DNA of 64,000 nt, taken from the NCBI GenBank assembly GCA_943788985.1, contig CALSSJ010000027.1, positions 10,184 to 74,183 of the forward strand. Reading direction: 5' to 3'. Position numbers and translations under genes: made by a program. Of the stretch, positions 61,327 to 64,000 are shown in pieces. Within the stretch, counting starts at the first letter, position 1, and every line of letters starts with the position of its first letter. The DNA is from an uncultured Lentisphaerales bacterium. Lineage in GTDB: Bacteria; Verrucomicrobiota; Lentisphaeria; JABSQK01; UBA12247. The notes under the pieces are model-generated. The model saw only the letters and a program-made list of their open reading frames with translations. It did no database searches and had not been told where the DNA came from.

Positions 61327-63826
61327 AGGAGTTCTCCGTCTTCCACAGCTTCATGTTGATGAACGTGATAATCAGGATCAGGATAAAGAGCACGACGCCG
61401 ACTGCCGCGGCGTAGCCAAAATGGGAGAACTGGAAGGCGGCGTAGTACATGCGCAGGGCTGGGACCATGGTGGCCATGCCCGGGCCGCCGTCGGTGAGGA
61501 TCAGCATGGTGAAGAAGTCCTGCAGGGTCTGGATCAGGGCGAGGATCACCAGTAGCTTGGTCTGGGCGCCCACCAGCGGGATGTCGATGTGCCGGATGCG
61601 TGACCAGATGCTGTCCGACTCCAGGCGGTGCGCCTCGAACATGGAGGTGCTGATGGTCTGCAGGCCGGCCAGGTAGATGAGCATGCCGATCGCGCCAACC
61701 CAGGGGAAGCCAATCATGATCAAAGATGGCAAGGCGGTGCCGGGATCGCCCAGCCACGAACGCTGCAAACCGGGCATGCCAGCAAGCTCCAGCACGCTGT
61801 TCAAGAGCCCCGAGTTGGGATCATAGACAAACTTCCAGATCAGGATCATCACGATTCCTGGCACGACCATGGGAATCAAAAAGGCCCCCCGGAAGAAGGC
61901 CTTCAGCTTGGGCGACCGCAGGCAGAACAGCATCTCGGCGACCAGAAACGGCACGACGGTGGCTTTGATTACGGCGCAGACCACCAGGATCAGCATGTTC
62001 TTGAGGCCAGCGAACAGGTAGACGTCATCGAGCATCTTGCGGAAGTTGTCGAGCCCGTTGAAGGTGGCCGGATTGCCGCCCTCCCATTCGGTGAAGGCAT
62101 GGTAGAGCCCGGAGATAGCCGGGTAGTAATTGAACAAGATCAACATCGTGAACGTGGGGATCAACAAGTAAAAGGCGACGGGTGTGTAGTCGGCACCAAA
62201 GCGGCGCTTGCTCCGGTAGTGAGCCCCGAGCGCGAAGACCAGAAAGGTGAGAGCCAGCACCACGGCCATGACCAGGCCGTTTGCAAGCGGATTCCACCAG
62301 ACCTTGGGCGGCGCGGGCACGAACTTCACTTCGTCGCGCGTCTGTGGATCCCAGTCGGTCTGCAGTTTTTCGGCGACGCGGGTGAGCGAACGGTCCATAA
62401 TTGCCTGATACTCCTTGAGGAAGGTATCCTCGGCAATCCGGCCGGCAAAGAATTCCTGGCTGAGCACGGCCCAGTCGTACATGCCCTCCTTGTCGCCCTC
62501 CAGCCCGACGAGGTCGGCCTTGACGTAGCCTCGCCCTTCGTAGGGCGTGAACTTGTCGGCGATATCGGGCGGCAAGGTCACGCCTTTGATGGCGATCGGA
62601 CCGATGATTGGTTGCTTGCTCTTGAGTGTCTCGTCTACCAGCACCTGGGCGCTCTCGGGTGATGCCAGGAACATGAGGAAGTCGAGGACGTTGCGGGTGT
62701 GACGATCGTCATCGGGGGTAAGCGAGGACTTGTCGGTGACGGTGTAGTAGGTGCCGCAGCCGCCAACCCCGCGAAACGGGCCACGGCATTCCGGGTCGTT
62801 TGTCAGCGGCGGAATGGGCATGATCCGGAAGTCGAACCGGTCCTCTTCTCGCAAGCCCTGCATGTTCATTTCGAGGGCGATGGGGATATGGCTGCCGTCG
62901 AAGTACATGGCTGCCTTCTTCTTGAGAAACAGCTGAAAGGCCATGTCGCGATCGGTGCCGGCATAGCCGGGTTGCCAGTAGCTGGAAAAGGTGCGCAGCT
63001 GGCGATACATGGCCTTGAAACGCTCCGAGTCAAAGCGCACGGTCCGGTCCCGGATCATCAGCAATTTACGCTCCTGGTTGATGACCACTTCGGCGTCATT
63101 GTGGATGTCGTTCATGTCCATCGTAAAGCCGCCGTTTTCGACCGGATCGTAGTCCCAGTCCCCCGGCTGCGACATGGTCACGCTCAGCAGATCCCGGCAA
63201 TAGGCATCGGAGAAAAAGCGGGCGATCCAGTTGATCACGCCGTGGTAGAAGCTGTTGAGGTTGCCGGGGATGGCGAAGGGGATGTAGCCAGCTTGGTCAA
63301 TCGTTTCGCAGGTCGCCATCAAGTCCTGCCAGGTTTGGGGAACCTCCAGTCCCAGTTCATCGAATATCTCGCGGTTGTAGACGATGCCGATCTCGACCCG
63401 GTCCAGCGACATGGCGTAGATCTTGCCGGAGATGTCGTAGTGGCGCAGCAGACTCATGTCCACTGTCTCATGCCAGGGACGCTCGGTGTACGGGTTTACC
63501 TGCGCAAGAAACGGGTCCAGGCAGACCCATTTGCCCTGGATCCCGTAGGATGGGGTGGTTTCGCCATTATAGATATCGGGCGCAGATGCCAGGCCGCCGG
63601 AGAACTTGGTTTCGATCCAGATCCCAAAGTTCTCGGGGACCAATGTCAGCTTCACTTCGCGATCGCTGTGCAGCTGATTGTAGTTCTCGACGATCTTCTC
63701 GAAGCCGGCGCGGTAGTTCACATTGGCTGTGGCAAAATGAATCTCATCTTTTTCGCCCGCAATCGTGTGGACGGCAGTCGCCACCAGAGCGGTCAGGAGC
63801 AGGGCGTGCCATCGGGTCATGGTCAT
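61319..63826 (-). CDS. Sugar-binding protein fused to an ABC permease (MalF-like C-terminus)
   Basis: Signal peptide; YNREIFDELGLEVPQTW.DL (SBP_bac_1); then FNGLDNF, PMVVP, YLAGLQ.I...FEA, LTDGGPG, FGYAAA. Confidence 0.85.
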   Translation of the reverse strand: MTMTRWHALLLTALVATAVHTIAGEKDEIHFATANVNYRAGFEKIVENYNQLHSDREVKLTLVPENFGIWIETKFSGGLASAPDIYNGETTPSYGIQGKWVCLDPFLAQVNPYTERPWHETVDMSLLRHYDISGKIYAMSLDRVEIGIVYNREIFDELGLEVPQTWQDLMATCETIDQAGYIPFAIPGNLNSFYHGVINWIARFFSDAYCRDLLSVTMSQPGDWDYDPVENGGFTMDMNDIHNDAEVVINQERKLLMIRDRTVRFDSERFKAMYRQLRTFSSYWQPGYAGTDRDMAFQLFLKKKAAMYFDGSHIPIALEMNMQGLREEDRFDFRIMPIPPLTNDPECRGPFRGVGGCGTYYTVTDKSSLTPDDDRHTRNVLDFLMFLASPESAQVLVDETLKSKQPIIGPIAIKGVTLPPDIADKFTPYEGRGYVKADLVGLEGDKEGMYDWAVLSQEFFAGRIAEDTFLKEYQAIMDRSLTRVAEKLQTDWDPQTRDEVKFVPAPPKVWWNPLANGLVMAVVLALTFLVFALGAHYRSKRRFGADYTPVAFYLLIPTFTMLILFNYYPAISGLYHAFTEWEGGNPATFNGLDNFRKMLDDVYLFAGLKNMLILVVCAVIKATVVPFLVAEMLFCLRSPKLKAFFRGAFLIPMVVPGIVMILIWKFVYDPNSGLLNSVLELAGMPGLQRSWLGDPGTALPSLIMIGFPWVGAIGMLIYLAGLQTISTSMFEAHRLESDSIWSRIRHIDIPLVGAQTKLLVILALIQTLQDFFTMLILTDGGPGMATMVPALRMYYAAFQFSHFGYAAAVGVVLFILILIITFINMKLWKTENSCE

Positions 63827-64000
63827 GGCTCCTGCGGACCAAACGTCTGTTCGATGGCCTTCAGCCAGCCATGGCCGAATTGGGTGCTGGGCTCGATATA
63901 CCCGCCCTCAAACCACTCGTTCCAGGCATAGAGGGCGATGAACTTGCGCAAGCCCAGGTCCTGTTGGCTCTGCTTTGCCTGCCGCAACAGCCTGCGAAAG
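63823..64000 (-). CDS. 3' end of a GH99-like/WbsX-family protein (partial)
   Basis: Manual translation ...IALYAWNEWFEGGYIEPSTQFGHGWLKAIEQTFGPQEP-stop; the stop overlaps the next ATG. Confidence 0.7.
   Translation of the reverse strand, partial: FRRLLRQAKQSQQDLGLRKFIALYAWNEWFEGGYIEPSTQFGHGWLKAIEQTFGPQEP

Overview
GC-rich bacterial chromosome segment. The gene content (several sulfatases, a DUF1559/H-X9-DG prepilin-like gene next to a GntR regulator, an NPCBM domain, an SBP-permease fusion) suggests a PVC-superphylum organism such as Lentisphaerae; this is an inference. Positions 1-46.4 kb are mostly housekeeping: ActF-like membrane protein, polyprenyl synthase, trpD, moxR/DUF58, glmM/glmS, uvrA, nadE, prmC-aspS-hisS, recD-like, PPIase, DUF1998 helicase, DAHP synthase. 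Single-base indels in homopolymers break even the essential hisS, so most frameshifts, especially the dense cluster at 40.4-45.2 kb, are probably sequencing errors. Positions 46.5-64 kb are a patchwork accessory region: a diverged ~1.36 kb duplication keeping two intact VapBC/FitAB-like toxin-antitoxin pairs, sulfatase and hydrolase genes and remnants, nested palindromes with triple-heptamer arms, and a group II intron inserted precisely in those repeats whose RT has an in-frame deletion of the catalytic core. The best candidates for new biology are this repeat-targeting, maturase-only-like intron, a ~105 bp REPIN-like element present in both orientations between identical flanks, a desaturase-rubredoxin fusion, and a catalytically degenerate M23 lipoprotein. 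All calls were made by eye from motifs; no database searches were run.
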